The translations under genes were made by a program, and so were the position numbers. Shown here in pieces: positions 46,119 to 57,684 of a stretch of DNA of 64,000 bases (positions are counted from its first letter, which is position 1; each line of letters begins with the position of its first letter). The stretch is from an uncultured Dorea sp. GTDB lineage: Bacteria > Bacillota > Clostridia > Lachnospirales > Lachnospiraceae. The stretch lies in the NCBI GenBank assembly GCA_910587575.1, contig CAJULU010000003.1, positions 29,172 to 93,171 on the forward strand. Reading direction: 5' to 3'. The notes beneath the pieces are model-generated. The model was not told the origin of the DNA and searched no databases. It saw only the letters and a list, made by a program, of their open reading frames with translations.

Positions 46119-47972
46119 ATGGCAAAAAATACGAAGAGTTTATTACGGATAAAATTTACAAAATTCATGCAGAAAAAGCTGGTATTATTGTTTGTGACGA
46201 TTATACTGGCTTTTGTTGTCTTAGTAGGAAGGATTACTTATATTAATGCCTCGAATGGTTCGGACTATACGAAAATCGTCCTGGACAGGCAGCAGTACGA
46301 CAGCAGGACCATTCCGTTTAAGCGGGGGGATATCGTGGACCGTAACGGGACAAAGATTGCCACCAGCGAACGGGTGTATAACGTGATTCTGGATGTACAG
46401 TATATGTGCAGTGACGAGAAGTGCATAGAGCCCACCATCGCAGTGCTCAGGGACTGTTTCGGAATAGAGGAAGCGGCGGTGCGGGAAATAATAGAAGAAA
46501 AGCCCTCCAGCAGATACAGCATTCTAAGAAAGGGCGTAGACTATGAGACGGCCCAGGCGTTTGAAGCGATTGACGCAGATGATGAGAATTATCCTGATGT
46601 CAGAGGAATCTGGCTGGAAGATGATTATATCCGCAAATATCCCTACAACACCCTTGCCAGTGATGTCATTGGCTTTACGGTAAATGGGAATGTGGGAAGC
46701 TGTGGGATTGAAGCGTCTTACAATTCCGTTCTTAACGGGATGGACGGGAAGGAATACGGGTATCTGGATGAGGATTCCACGTTTGAGCGGACGGTGAAAG
46801 AGCCGACTACCGGAAATACCGTGGTTTCCACCATAGACCTGCAGGTGCAGAATATTGTGGAGAAGCATATCCTGGCATTTAACGAGGCCCACAAGAATGA
46901 AGCGAGGCCGGGAGAGGGCAGCAGGAATACGGCGGTTCTGATCATGAACCCGCAGAATGGAGAGATCCTGGCGGAGGCTTCTTATCCGAATTTTGACCTG
47001 AACCAGCCAAGGGACCTGACGAGATACTATCCGGCGGAAGCAATTGAAGCCATGTCGGAGGAGGAGAAGGTAGAGAAATACAATGAACTCTGGAATAATT
47101 TCTGTGTCAGCGAGCCTTATGAACCAGGTTCCACCTTTAAGCCGTTTACCATAGGGGCAGGGCTTGAGACGGGAATTCTGACGGGCGGGGAAAGTTATTC
47201 CTGCGGCGGCATGCTCCATGTGGGCGATCATGACATTCATTGTAATAACCGCAGCGGCCATGGTTCCCAGACTCTGAAGCGGGCGCTTGAGAATTCCTGT
47301 AACGTTGCCCTGATGCAGATCGGGCAGACCATGGGAAAAGAGGAGTTCAGCAGATACCAGGAACTGTTCGGTTTCGGAGAGTCTACCGGGATAGACCTGC
47401 CTCGGGAATCCGTGGGTCTGCTTTATGACGCAGAGAATATGGATGCTGCCAGCCTGGCAACCAATGCGTTCGGGCAGAACTTTAACGTGACCATGACCCA
47501 GCTTGGCGCTTCCTTCTGTTCTCTGATCAATGGCGGGGATTATTATAAACCCCATGTGGTCAGGCAGATCTGGGATGAGAACGGCGACCTGATCGAGAAT
47601 AAGAGTCCGGTGCTGCTCAGGAAGACCGTTTCCAAAGAGACCAGCGACATTCTTAAGGATTACATGCTGGGAGTTGTTGAGGAAGGAACCGGGTCATCGG
47701 CGGCAATTGAAGGATATGACATCGGCGGAAAGACCGGTACTGCAGAAAAGCTGCCCCGTACGGATAATAATTATCTGCTGTCCTTTATCGGGTATGCGCC
47801 CCAGGAGAACCCGCAGGTAATGGTCTATGTGGTCGTGGATGAGCCGAATGTGGCAAAACAGGAGGTATGCGCCTATGCGATCCAGCTTGCAGCTGACATT
47901 ATGAGAGAAGTATTTCCTTATCTGGGTATCGAGAAAGCGGCAGACGCAGTTCAGGAGGAAACCGGAAACTGA
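46119..47972 (+). CDS. Class B penicillin-binding protein (FtsI-like)
   Basis: RGDIVDRNG, EPGSTFK (SxxK), SCN and KTG motifs. Confidence 0.9.
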   Translation: MAKNTKSLLRIKFTKFMQKKLVLLFVTIILAFVVLVGRITYINASNGSDYTKIVLDRQQYDSRTIPFKRGDIVDRNGTKIATSERVYNVILDVQYMCSDEKCIEPTIAVLRDCFGIEEAAVREIIEEKPSSRYSILRKGVDYETAQAFEAIDADDENYPDVRGIWLEDDYIRKYPYNTLASDVIGFTVNGNVGSCGIEASYNSVLNGMDGKEYGYLDEDSTFERTVKEPTTGNTVVSTIDLQVQNIVEKHILAFNEAHKNEARPGEGSRNTAVLIMNPQNGEILAEASYPNFDLNQPRDLTRYYPAEAIEAMSEEEKVEKYNELWNNFCVSEPYEPGSTFKPFTIGAGLETGILTGGESYSCGGMLHVGDHDIHCNNRSGHGSQTLKRALENSCNVALMQIGQTMGKEEFSRYQELFGFGESTGIDLPRESVGLLYDAENMDAASLATNAFGQNFNVTMTQLGASFCSLINGGDYYKPHVVRQIWDENGDLIENKSPVLLRKTVSKETSDILKDYMLGVVEEGTGSSAAIEGYDIGGKTGTAEKLPRTDNNYLLSFIGYAPQENPQVMVYVVVDEPNVAKQEVCAYAIQLAADIMREVFPYLGIEKAADAVQEETGN

Positions 47973-47993
47973 CAGGATACCCGGACAAAGTAT

Positions 47994-48022
47994 TCATAAC
48001 CTTGCAGAAGCGATAATAAATT
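47994..48022 (+). promoter_or_regulatory. SigmaE-like promoter upstream of the second PBP gene
   Basis: TCATA-N16-AATAAATT. Confidence 0.45.
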
Positions 48023-48053
48023 ATACAAACGGCTTTTGCGAGGTTTTTGCAAT

Positions 48054-49778
48054 ATGAAGAATAAAACATATAACAAGAGGAAGATCCTGGTGGTATTCAT
48101 TGTTGCCGCCGTGATTATCCTGGCGCTGGTGGGAAGGCTGGTCTATCTGATGGTATTTGATGCGAAATACTATCAGAAGAAGGCAGAGGATCTTCACGAG
48201 AGGGAGCGTGAGATCAAAGCCGCCAGAGGAGAGATCCTGGACGCCAGGGGTGAAGTGCTGGCGACTAATAAGACGGTCTGCACCATCTCTGTGATCCACA
48301 GCCAGATCCGGGAGCCGGAGAAGGTGATTAAGACGCTTGCCCAGGCTCTTGAGATGGATGAGGAGACCGTACGCAGGAGGGTGGAAAAGGTGTCTTCCAT
48401 GGAGCGGATCAAGACCAATGTAGATAAGGAGACCGGGGACAATATCCGTAACATGGAACTGGACGGCGTGAAAGTCGACGAGGATTTTAAACGGTACTAT
48501 CCCTACAATGAACTTGCCTCTAAGGTTCTTGGGTTTACGGGGGGAGACAACCAGGGGATTATCGGGCTGGAGGTAAAGTATGAGGAGTATCTGAAGGGGA
48601 AGAACGGAACGATTCTCACAACCACAGACGCCCGGGGCGTGGAGCTAAACGGCGTTGCAGAAGGACGGGTGGAGCCGGTTGCGGGAAATACGCTGCAGAT
48701 CAGCCTGGATTATAATATCCAGATGTATGCCCAGCAGATGGCGGAAAAGGTTATGGAAGAGAAACAGGCAGACAAAGTGGGGATCCTGCTGATGAATCCC
48801 CAGAACGGGGAGATCCTTGCCATGGTAAATGTTCCGGAATTTAATCTGAACGAACCGTTTACCCTGAATACAGGAGCGGACACCCAGTCCATGTCCGATG
48901 AGGACCGGCAGAATGCACTGAACCAGATGTGGAGAAACGGGTGTATCAACGATACCTATGAGCCGGGTTCTACCTTCAAGGCCATTACGGCCTCCGCCTG
49001 TCTGGAGGCGGGAGCGGTAAGGCTTGAGGATACCTTCAGCTGCCCGGGGTACCGGGTGGTGGAGGACCGGAAGATCCGCTGCCATAAGGTGGGGGGCCAT
49101 GGGGGAGAGACTTTTGTCCAGGGAATCCAGAATTCCTGTAACCCGGTGTTTATCGATATCGGGCTCCGGCTTGGGACGGATGATTTCTACAAATATTTCC
49201 AGCAGTTCGGGCTGATGGATCTGACGGGGGTGGATCTTCCGGGAGAGGCCGGAACCATTATGCACAAGAAGGAAAATGTAGGAATGGTAGAGCTGGCGAC
49301 CATGAGTTTTGGACAGTCTTTTCAAGTGACGCCCATGCAGATGGCAACCACCTTCAGTGCGCTGATTAATGGCGGCAGAAGGGTGACGCCCCATTTCGGC
49401 GTCCGTATCCTGGATGCGGATGGAAAAGAGGTGGAGAAGTTCAGATATGAAGAGAAGAAAGGAATCGTATCGGAAGAAACTTCGGCGACCATGCGGATGC
49501 TGCTGGAAAGCGTGGTGTCAGAAGGATCCGGAAAGAATGCGTATATAGAAGGGTATTCCATCGGCGGCAAGACGGCAACGTCCCAGACTCTTCCGAGAAG
49601 TGCGAACAAATATATCTCTTCTTTTATCGGATTCGCTCCGGCGGATGATCCGCAGGTGCTTGGAATGTGTGTCATATACAATCCACAGGGAGTATACTAT
49701 GGAGGAACCATTGCGGCGCCGGTGGTGCGGAATATATTTGAGAGCATATTGCCGTATCTGGGCATTGAAAAAGAGTAG
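48054..49778 (+). CDS. spoVD: Class B penicillin-binding protein, SpoVD-like
   Basis: RGEILD, EPGSTFK, SCN and KTAT motifs; position before mraY; sigmaE-like promoter. Confidence 0.7.
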   Translation: MKNKTYNKRKILVVFIVAAVIILALVGRLVYLMVFDAKYYQKKAEDLHEREREIKAARGEILDARGEVLATNKTVCTISVIHSQIREPEKVIKTLAQALEMDEETVRRRVEKVSSMERIKTNVDKETGDNIRNMELDGVKVDEDFKRYYPYNELASKVLGFTGGDNQGIIGLEVKYEEYLKGKNGTILTTTDARGVELNGVAEGRVEPVAGNTLQISLDYNIQMYAQQMAEKVMEEKQADKVGILLMNPQNGEILAMVNVPEFNLNEPFTLNTGADTQSMSDEDRQNALNQMWRNGCINDTYEPGSTFKAITASACLEAGAVRLEDTFSCPGYRVVEDRKIRCHKVGGHGGETFVQGIQNSCNPVFIDIGLRLGTDDFYKYFQQFGLMDLTGVDLPGEAGTIMHKKENVGMVELATMSFGQSFQVTPMQMATTFSALINGGRRVTPHFGVRILDADGKEVEKFRYEEKKGIVSEETSATMRMLLESVVSEGSGKNAYIEGYSIGGKTATSQTLPRSANKYISSFIGFAPADDPQVLGMCVIYNPQGVYYGGTIAAPVVRNIFESILPYLGIEKE

Positions 49779-49842
49779 GAAATGAAGTATACTGGGATAG
49801 TTAAAGTGTTGTAATCAACAAAAGAGATAAAGAGGTGGATGT

Positions 49843-50799
49843 ATGAATTATAATGTATTTTTTCCGGTGCTGATCGCATTTGCGCTGAGCGTGATAATGG
49901 GACCGCTGATCATCCCGGTGCTCAGAAAATTAAAGATGGGGCAGACCGAACGGGAGGAGGGCGTGAAGTCCCATCTGAAAAAGGCGGGTACTCCGACCAT
50001 GGGAGGAGTGATCATTCTTTTGAGCGTGGTGGTCACATCGGTATTTTACATTAAGGATTATCCGAAGATCATTCCGATTCTGTTTGTGACACTGGGCTTC
50101 GGGCTCATTGGATTTCTGGATGATTATCTGAAGGTTGTCATGAAACGCTCTGACGGACTGTTTCCGAAGCAGAAGATGGCCCTTCAGATCGTGGTGACTG
50201 CCATCTTCGCATTTTACATTGTGAAGTTCACGGATGTATCCCTTGCCATGCTGATTCCCTTTACCGGCGGAATGTACTGGAATATCGGATGGCTTGCAAT
50301 TCCGGTGCTGTTCGTTGCAGTGATCGGAACCGTGAACGGTGTGAACTTCACGGACGGGCTGGACGGACTGGCATCCAGCGTGACCGTGCTGGTGGCCACG
50401 TTTTTCACGGTGGTGGCAATTGGAACACGCAGTGGAATCGAACCGGTTACATGTGCGGTAGTGGGGGCGTTGCTGGGATTTCTTCTGTTCAATGTATATC
50501 CGGCCAGTGTCTTCATGGGAGACACAGGATCCCTTGCTTTAGGCGGGTTCGTTGCATCGACGGCCTATATGCTGCAGATGCCGGTATTTATCATTATCGT
50601 AGGGCTGATCTACCTGGTAGAAGTGCTGTCGGTTATGATACAGGTGACATATTTTAAGAAAACAGGCGGTAAGCGCATCTTTAAGATGGCGCCGATACAT
50701 CATCATTTTGAACTGTGCGGATGGTCTGAGACAAGGGTGGTAGCGGTATTTTCCATCATTACGGCGCTCCTCTGTCTGATTGCGCTGATGGCTATGTAG
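49843..50799 (+). CDS. mraY: Phospho-N-acetylmuramoyl-pentapeptide transferase
   Basis: GTPTMGG, NFTDGLDGL, FMGDTGS and MAPIHHHFE motifs. Confidence 0.97.
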   Translation: MNYNVFFPVLIAFALSVIMGPLIIPVLRKLKMGQTEREEGVKSHLKKAGTPTMGGVIILLSVVVTSVFYIKDYPKIIPILFVTLGFGLIGFLDDYLKVVMKRSDGLFPKQKMALQIVVTAIFAFYIVKFTDVSLAMLIPFTGGMYWNIGWLAIPVLFVAVIGTVNGVNFTDGLDGLASSVTVLVATFFTVVAIGTRSGIEPVTCAVVGALLGFLLFNVYPASVFMGDTGSLALGGFVASTAYMLQMPVFIIIVGLIYLVEVLSVMIQVTYFKKTGGKRIFKMAPIHHHFELCGWSETRVVAVFSIITALLCLIALMAM

Positions 50800-50815
50800 G
50801 AGGAGACGAAAAGAT

Positions 50816-52165
50816 ATGGAAGTGACAGGGAAGAAGGTTCTGGTATTCGGATCGGGAATCAGCGGAATCGCAGCGGCGAAACTGTTAGAGCGGCAGAAAG
50901 CCCGTGTCATTCTCTACGATGGGAATGAGGAACTGAAAGAAAAAGACTTAAGAGAGAAGCTTGGGGAAGGGAGCGGCGCCAGGATCGTCATCGGTGCATT
51001 TCCTGAGGAATTATATGATGATCTGGATATAGCGGTCTTAAGTCCGGGTGTCCCGACAGACCTTCCGGTGGTGAACCGTATGCGGGAACAGGGAATACTG
51101 ATCACGGGAGAGGTGGAACTGGCCTATGAGACGGGTAAGGGGGATGTGCTTGCCATCACCGGCACGAACGGGAAGACCACGACTACAGCGCTCCTGGGAG
51201 AGATTATGGGTGAGTATAAGATGACTTTCGTGGTAGGCAATATCGGTAATCCTTATACTGCGGCGGCGCCTGAGATGGATGAAGATTCTGTCACGGTGGC
51301 GGAGATGAGCAGTTTCCAGCTGGAGACGATAATGGACTTCCGGCCAAAGGTCAGTGCAATACTTAACTTTACACCGGATCATCTGAACCGCCATCATACG
51401 ATGGAAGCTTATGTGAATGCGAAGAAGAATATTGCCAGGAATCAGACGGAGGATGATTACTGTATTCTGAATTATGAGGATCCCCTTACGAGAGAATTCG
51501 GGGAAAATATCCGGGCCAGGGTTCTATATTTCAGCAGCCGGCGTAAACTAGAAAAGGGGATTTATCTTGAGAACGGAGAGATGATCTATCAAAACGGAGA
51601 AAAAATTCCGGTCTGCCGGGTGGAGGAACTGAACCTTCTGGGAACCCACAATTATGAGAATGTCATGGCAGCGGCGGCAATGGCGCTGGTGTACGGCGTG
51701 CCGGCAGATGTAGTACGAAAGGGCGTTCTGGCGTTCAAAGGCGTGGAGCACAGGATTGAGTATGTGACGGAGAAGAACGGCGTGGTGTTCTATAATGATT
51801 CCAAGGGAACGAATCCGGATGCTGCGATCAAGGGAATACAGGCTATGAACCGGCCTACCGTGCTGATTGGCGGCGGATATGACAAGGATTCTGTTTATAC
51901 GGAGTGGATCAACAGTTTTGACGGGAAAGTAAAGAAGCTGATTCTGATTGGAGCAACCAGGGAGAAGATTGCAAGGGATGCCCTTGCCTGCGGGTTTACG
52001 GATTATCAGTTTGCAGAGACCTTTGAAGAAGCGGTGCTTACGGCAGCTGAGGCTGCTTCGCCGGGGGAGGCGGTCCTTCTGTCCCCTGCGTGTGCAAGCT
52101 GGGGGATGTTCCCCAACTATGAGGTACGTGGAGAGAAGTTTAAAGAGATTGTAAATTCCTTATAA
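50816..52165 (+). CDS. murD: UDP-N-acetylmuramoyl-L-alanine--D-glutamate ligase
   Basis: SPGVP, ITGTNGKTTT, NDSKGTN and LLSPACAS motifs. Confidence 0.96.
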   Translation: MEVTGKKVLVFGSGISGIAAAKLLERQKARVILYDGNEELKEKDLREKLGEGSGARIVIGAFPEELYDDLDIAVLSPGVPTDLPVVNRMREQGILITGEVELAYETGKGDVLAITGTNGKTTTTALLGEIMGEYKMTFVVGNIGNPYTAAAPEMDEDSVTVAEMSSFQLETIMDFRPKVSAILNFTPDHLNRHHTMEAYVNAKKNIARNQTEDDYCILNYEDPLTREFGENIRARVLYFSSRRKLEKGIYLENGEMIYQNGEKIPVCRVEELNLLGTHNYENVMAAAAMALVYGVPADVVRKGVLAFKGVEHRIEYVTEKNGVVFYNDSKGTNPDAAIKGIQAMNRPTVLIGGGYDKDSVYTEWINSFDGKVKKLILIGATREKIARDALACGFTDYQFAETFEEAVLTAAEAASPGEAVLLSPACASWGMFPNYEVRGEKFKEIVNSL

Positions 52166-52178
52166 GGAGTGGCATATA

Positions 52179-53261
52179 TTGGCACAGTCTAAGAACAGAA
52201 GGTATGATTATACACTTCTTACTGCGTTATTTCTGCTTGTGGTTACGGGGCTTGTGATCCTCTACAGTACCAGCGCATATAATGGCGAGGTGAAATTCCA
52301 CGATTCATTTTATTATCTGAAGAAACAGATATTTGCGACATCCCTGGGAATCGCCGCCATGTTTGTGGTTGCGAATATGGATTATCATGTGTGGCGTCAT
52401 TTTGCCATACTGGGATATATGACGGCAATCCTTCTGTCGGTGGCGGTCTTGTTCATAGGTGATGAGATTAACGGTTCCAAAAGATGGCTGTCTTTGGGGC
52501 CTTTTTCTTTTCAGCCGTCAGAGTTCGCCAAGGTTGCGCTGATTCTGTTCCTTGCCCAGATGGTGACCAGGAATGTGAAGGAGATCGGGAAGATGCGCAC
52601 CATGCTGAAGATCATGGTGATGATCCTTCCGGTGGTGGGACTCGTGGGAGCCAGTAACTTAAGCACTGCGATTATTATCCTGGGGATCGGGGTCATCCTG
52701 ATCTTCGTGGCAAGTCCGAAGTACGGACAGTTCGTTTTCATGGGAGTCCTTGGAATCGGATTCATGGCAGTTTTTCTGGCTCTGGAGAGTTACAGGCTTG
52801 AGAGGCTGGCAATCTGGAGGAACCCGGAAGCTTACGAGAAGGGATACCAGACATTGCAGGGATTGTATGCGATCGGATCCGGCGGGCTGTTCGGCCGGGG
52901 ACTTGGGGAGAGTATCCAGAAGCTGGGATTCGTCCCGGAGGCCCAGAATGACATGATTTTTTCCATTGTATGTGAGGAACTGGGACTGTTCGGGGCGGGA
53001 TTTGTTCTGATCCTGTTTCTGATTCTGATCTGGCGTTTTTTCGTGATTGCGACACATGCCGGCGACCTGTTCGGCGCATTGATAGCGACAGGAGCCATGG
53101 GACATATGATGATCCAGGTGATACTGAATATTGCGGTGGTTACAAATACGATTCCGAATACGGGGATAACGCTGCCGTTTATCAGCTATGGAGGAACCTC
53201 GGTGGTATTTCTGCTGGTGGAGATGGGGCTTGTGCTCAGCGTATCATCTCTGGTAAAATAA
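52179..53261 (+). CDS. ftsW: FtsW/SpoVE family SEDS protein
   Basis: GSKRWL, QPSEFAK and TGITLPFISYGGTS motifs; within dcw (could be spoVE). Confidence 0.8.
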   Translation: MAQSKNRRYDYTLLTALFLLVVTGLVILYSTSAYNGEVKFHDSFYYLKKQIFATSLGIAAMFVVANMDYHVWRHFAILGYMTAILLSVAVLFIGDEINGSKRWLSLGPFSFQPSEFAKVALILFLAQMVTRNVKEIGKMRTMLKIMVMILPVVGLVGASNLSTAIIILGIGVILIFVASPKYGQFVFMGVLGIGFMAVFLALESYRLERLAIWRNPEAYEKGYQTLQGLYAIGSGGLFGRGLGESIQKLGFVPEAQNDMIFSIVCEELGLFGAGFVLILFLILIWRFFVIATHAGDLFGALIATGAMGHMMIQVILNIAVVTNTIPNTGITLPFISYGGTSVVFLLVEMGLVLSVSSLVK

Positions 53262-53275
53262 GGGAGTATAGGAAA

Positions 53276-54163
53276 ATGGGAAAGAAAGAATACCGGGAAC
53301 GGGAAGGCCCGAGAAGAAGAAAGAAGAAAAAGTCCCACAGAGTCTATGCAGCGGTTGTTCTTGTGCTTGGCCTGGCAATCATTGCGGCGATTCTCTTTCT
53401 TCTGTTCTATGTGCAGAAGATTGAGGTGAGCGGGAATGATTATGTGACGGAGCAGGAGATTCTGGAAACGGTTCAGGAGGATGAATTTTCAATAAATGCG
53501 CTGTATATTCTGGGGAAATATGCATTAGGGAAGGGGAATGTGCTGCCATGCCTGGATCAGATGAAGGTGAGCCTTAAGACGCCCTGGATTGTGAAGGTGT
53601 CGGTGAAGGAGAAGCCGATTGTCGGATACATACAGAATGGAGACACGTATAGTTATTTTGACAAGGAAGGGCTGGTGGTGCTGGAATCCCCCTCGTTGAT
53701 CGAAGGAATTCCTTATATTGAGGGAATCGGTATGGGAGAAGTGAAGCTTTACCAGCATCTTGAGAGTAAGAATAAGAAGATTTTCCAACAGATTCTGGAG
53801 ACTTCCAGAGAGATTACCAAGTATGAACTGGATCCCGACAGGATTGTCTGTGAGGAGGATGTCATCTGTCTGTATATCGGAAGAATCCGCATTCGTCTTG
53901 GAAAGAATGTTTCGGCGGTAAAGATCGCACAGATTCAGCCGATCCTTGAAAAGATCGGAGATAAGGAAGGGACGCTGCATCTGGAGAATTATTCGGAAGT
54001 CCGGAAGACGGTGACATTTCAGGAGGAACCGCTTGCCCAGGAGAGCCAGGAGGGGACGGGAGAGCCGGATGGCGGTCAGTCTCAGGACGGATCGGGTGAA
54101 CCGGAAACGGAAGATGAGGGAACGCCGGAGACTTCGGATGCTCTGGCGGAAACTTCAGACTGA
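53276..54163 (+). CDS. ftsQ: Cell division protein FtsQ/DivIB
   Basis: Basic N-terminus, TM helix, POTRA-like IEVSGN motif; upstream of ftsZ. Confidence 0.75.
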   Translation: MGKKEYREREGPRRRKKKKSHRVYAAVVLVLGLAIIAAILFLLFYVQKIEVSGNDYVTEQEILETVQEDEFSINALYILGKYALGKGNVLPCLDQMKVSLKTPWIVKVSVKEKPIVGYIQNGDTYSYFDKEGLVVLESPSLIEGIPYIEGIGMGEVKLYQHLESKNKKIFQQILETSREITKYELDPDRIVCEEDVICLYIGRIRIRLGKNVSAVKIAQIQPILEKIGDKEGTLHLENYSEVRKTVTFQEEPLAQESQEGTGEPDGGQSQDGSGEPETEDEGTPETSDALAETSD

Positions 54164-54353
54164 TGTCCCAAAACCGGATAATCGGAAGCGGCAGGAAGAA
54201 AAGCGAGAATAAAATTGAGAAAAATAGAGGAATTCTATTGATATTTTGCACAAAAGTCTATATTATATAGTATATATGGCAAAGAACACATTTCATTTGC
54301 TTTATGTGTGGGATGTATGATATATAATAAGGATAACAAAGGAGGAGAAACCC

Positions 54354-55619
54354 TTGCTAGAAATTAAAACGAATGAATCAGAAGCAGCGGCGAAGATAAT
54401 TGTTGTTGGAGTCGGCGGCGGCGGCAATAATGCCGTGAACCGAATGATTGATGAACAGATTGCCGGTGTTGAGTTTATTGCTATTAATACAGATAAGCAG
54501 GCGCTCCAGTTATGTAAGGCGCCGACGCTGATGCAGATTGGCGAGAAGATCACAAAGGGGCTTGGAGCAGGAGCGAGACCGGAGATCGGTGAGAAAGCGG
54601 CGGAGGAGAGTGCAGAGGAAGTATCATCAGCCCTTAAGGGAGCGGACATGGTGTTCGTTACCTGCGGTATGGGCGGCGGTACAGGAACCGGTGCAACTCC
54701 TGTAGTTGCGCGGATTGCCAAGGAACTTGGCGCACTGACGGTAGGCGTGGTGACGAAGCCTTTCCGTTTTGAGTCCAAGACGCGTATGAACAATGCGCTT
54801 TCAGGCATTGAGAAGCTGAAAGAGAGCGTGGACACGCTGATCGTCATCCCCAATGACAAGCTTCTTGAAGTGGTGGACAGGCGTACCACCATGCCGGAAG
54901 CTTTGAAGAAAGCGGACGAGGTATTGCAGCAGGGTATTCAGGGCATTACCGACCTGATTAATGTACCTGCGCTGATCAACCTGGACTTTGCGGATGTTCA
55001 GACGGTTATGACAGACAAGGGTATTGCGCATATTGGTATCGGACAGGGCAGAGGTGATGATAAGGCTCTTGAGGCTGTCAAGCAGGCGGTTTCCAGTCCG
55101 CTGCTTGAGACGACCATCGCAGGGGCTTCACATGTGATCATCAATGTATCCGGTGACATTACGCTGATGGATGCATCCGATGCGGCTGAGTATGTACAGG
55201 ATCTTGCAGGTGAGGATGCGAATATTATCTTCGGCGCCATGTATGATGATGCAAGAACGGATGAGGCGACCATTACAGTGATTGCGACCGGACTTCATAA
55301 TGTGGGCGGCAGTGCGTCCAAGCTGAAATCAAGACTTGAGACACCAAGGAACGGCACCATGGGTCATGCAGGAGGCGGTATGCAGCAGGGCGGATATGAC
55401 CGGTCCATGCAGCAGGGCGGATATGACAGATCTATGCAGCAGGGCGGACCGGCGGCTCCGAGACTGGATTTCGGAATGGGCGGCATGAAGAGCAGCGGTA
55501 CATCGGCAATGCCGAGACGTCCGGTGGGCGGAACAGCGCCTTCTCTGGATACGCCAAGAACTCCGTCCAGCAAGGTGAAAGAGCAGTCTATCAAGATACC
55601 CGACTTCTTTAAGAAGTAA
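54354..55619 (+). CDS. ftsZ: Cell division protein FtsZ
   Basis: [24 protein letters not shown] and C-terminal IPDFF motifs; TTG start with AAGGAGG RBS. Confidence 0.98.
   Translation: MLEIKTNESEAAAKIIVVGVGGGGNNAVNRMIDEQIAGVEFIAINTDKQALQLCKAPTLMQIGEKITKGLGAGARPEIGEKAAEESAEEVSSALKGADMVFVTCGMGGGTGTGATPVVARIAKELGALTVGVVTKPFRFESKTRMNNALSGIEKLKESVDTLIVIPNDKLLEVVDRRTTMPEALKKADEVLQQGIQGITDLINVPALINLDFADVQTVMTDKGIAHIGIGQGRGDDKALEAVKQAVSSPLLETTIAGASHVIINVSGDITLMDASDAAEYVQDLAGEDANIIFGAMYDDARTDEATITVIATGLHNVGGSASKLKSRLETPRNGTMGHAGGGMQQGGYDRSMQQGGYDRSMQQGGPAAPRLDFGMGGMKSSGTSAMPRRPVGGTAPSLDTPRTPSSKVKEQSIKIPDFFKK
55380..55448 (+). repeat. 27-bp tandem repeat (about 2.5 copies, MQQGGYDRS) in the FtsZ linker
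   Basis: Units start at 55380, 55407 and 55434. Confidence 0.9.
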
Positions 55620-55941
55620 GAATATTGTTTTATCAATATATAATCTGCAGCAGGATCATAGGATCATAAAGTACCATAAGAGATTCGGGCACATGAGATA
55701 TGTGTTCGGGTCTTTTTATGATTTTTGAATGGTATTCTGGCAGAATCATTTCTATTCGAGTCCGTCTGACATGATCTGACAAATGATTACAGTAAATTTC
55801 ATTTTTTTCCAGCAATTTGCAGTTTATTCCCTTAAAATTCTTTCTTTTATGTCAAAAAAAGATACCAAGTCTTGTGTCTGTATTTGAAGGATTCCCACAA
55901 ATCCATTTCCTATAAAACTAGATATTGTGGTCAATGAGGTC

Positions 55942-56006
55942 TGTCGAACGAAAATCGGGATTCGTCCCACCATCTGACAAAATCTTTTGCCTGTGGCTCG
56001 TATAAT
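55942..56006 (+). promoter_or_regulatory. Spo0A-dependent spoIIG-type promoter
   Basis: Perfect 0A box TGTCGAA at 55942-55948; CTGACA-N21-TATAAT over-long spacer, as expected for spoIIG promoters. Confidence 0.6.
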
Positions 56007-56071
56007 GAATCTTGCTTAAGTAATTATTCGATTTCGTGTCACTGATCGTATCTAAAGAAAGAAGGTGGAGC

Positions 56072-56899
56072 GTGCATTATGAGTTGTACATAGACGTATT
56101 TTTTATGGAAAATTTTGCGATGGATTTTATCCTGCTTGTGATTGTACGCAAGATGATGGGAAGTTCTGCTGCATACTGGCGGATCTGCCTTGGGGCGGTT
56201 TTCGGGGCGTTTCTGACCTGCCTTGCGGTGGCCCTGCCGGTTCCATATGCGTTTGTAAAACTCATACTGCTCCATGGACTGGTAAATATCGCAATGGTCA
56301 GAATCGGGATTCAGACCAAAGGATGGCAGGAACTTTTGAGGGCGTGGTTGATGCTCTATATCAGCGGGTTCCTGGCAGGCGGGGTCTTTGGATTCCTCAG
56401 ACAGTATGTCCGGGCGGGAAGTCTTTTTCTTGCTTTGGCTGTCGCCAGTTATTACGTGGTATCCGGTATCTGGAGCCTGGTGGTGTATCTGGGAAGGCAG
56501 AGCCGGTACAGATGCCGGGTGGTGCTGTCAGATGGAGGGAGGAGCGTTGCCGTGCAGGCTCTGATTGATACGGGCAACTGCCTGAAAGATGACATTACGG
56601 GAAAGCCGGTCAGTATTATTGACAAAAATGTAATCAGGAAACTAAGGGGAGAAAATGACATAACAGGAATACGTTATATTTCATATCACTCTATCGGAAA
56701 AGCGGAAGGTGTAATGCCATTAGTGACGCTGGATGGGATGTATGTATGCAGAAAAGAAAAGGAATGGGTTGAAAAACCGCTGGCAGCCATCTGTGAGGGA
56801 GATATGACGGCTGACCGTTATGAGATGATTTTGAATCCTGATGTCTTAATAGGAGGGATAGACTATGGTAATAAGAGTCGCAGTACCGCATCAATTTAA
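56072..56899 (+). CDS. spoIIGA: Pro-sigmaE processing peptidase SpoIIGA
   Basis: LYIDVFF, multiple TM segments, LIDTGN aspartic protease motif. Confidence 0.9.
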   Translation: MHYELYIDVFFMENFAMDFILLVIVRKMMGSSAAYWRICLGAVFGAFLTCLAVALPVPYAFVKLILLHGLVNIAMVRIGIQTKGWQELLRAWLMLYISGFLAGGVFGFLRQYVRAGSLFLALAVASYYVVSGIWSLVVYLGRQSRYRCRVVLSDGGRSVAVQALIDTGNCLKDDITGKPVSIIDKNVIRKLRGENDITGIRYISYHSIGKAEGVMPLVTLDGMYVCRKEKEWVEKPLAAICEGDMTADRYEMILNPDVLIGGIDYGNKSRSTASI

Positions 56900-57605
56900 A
56901 CTGAAAGTAGTTCCGGATTTCCGGACATTATTGTTCCCGGATAAGAAGGACGTCCACTATATCGGAGGTTCGGATATCCTGCCTGCGCCGCTCAATACCA
57001 GCGAAGAGACGGCGGCGATTAATGATTTAGGCTCAGAGGATGACGAGTCGGCAAGAAAAATGCTGATTGAGCATAATCTGAGGCTGGTGGTCTACATTGC
57101 GAAAAAATTTGACAATACAGGGGTGGGTGTGGAAGATCTGATCTCCATCGGAACCATCGGGCTGATCAAGGCCATCAATACGTTTAACCCGGAAAAAAAT
57201 ATCAAGCTGGCGACCTATGCGTCCCGATGTATCGAAAACGAAATTCTGATGTATCTGCGCAGAAATAATAAGACGAAGATGGAAGTGTCCATTGACGAGC
57301 CGTTAAACGTGGACTGGGACGGCAATGAACTGCTTCTGTCAGATATTCTGGGGACGGAGGAGGATACCATCTACAAGGATCTGGAAAATGAAGTAGAAAG
57401 GAAACTCCTGATTAAGGCGATCAGCCGTCTCTCGGGAAGGGAGCGGACGATTATCAAGATGCGGTTCGGCCTGGGAATGCCGGATGGAGAGGAGCGGACC
57501 CAGAAGGAGGTTGCAGATATTCTGGGGATTTCCCAGTCGTACATATCGAGGCTGGAGAAGAAGATTATGCAGAGGCTGAAGCGGGAGATGGTAAAGTATT
57601 CTTAA
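56865..57605 (+). CDS. sigE: Sporulation sigma factor SigE
   Basis: [43 protein letters not shown] and QSYISRLEK motifs. Confidence 0.96.
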   Translation: MVIRVAVPHQFKLKVVPDFRTLLFPDKKDVHYIGGSDILPAPLNTSEETAAINDLGSEDDESARKMLIEHNLRLVVYIAKKFDNTGVGVEDLISIGTIGLIKAINTFNPEKNIKLATYASRCIENEILMYLRRNNKTKMEVSIDEPLNVDWDGNELLLSDILGTEEDTIYKDLENEVERKLLIKAISRLSGRERTIIKMRFGLGMPDGEERTQKEVADILGISQSYISRLEKKIMQRLKREMVKYS

Positions 57606-57684
57606 GGTATACCGGACTCTGGTTAATAAAGTATAGAAAACAACCCTGGATGGTGCTATAATAAAAAGAAAAGGGGTTGGAGAG

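Noticed and set aside
44121..55619. dcw cluster lacking murE, murF, murG and ftsA
   Set aside because: Reduced dcw clusters are common in Clostridia; these genes may lie elsewhere, which cannot be judged from this window.
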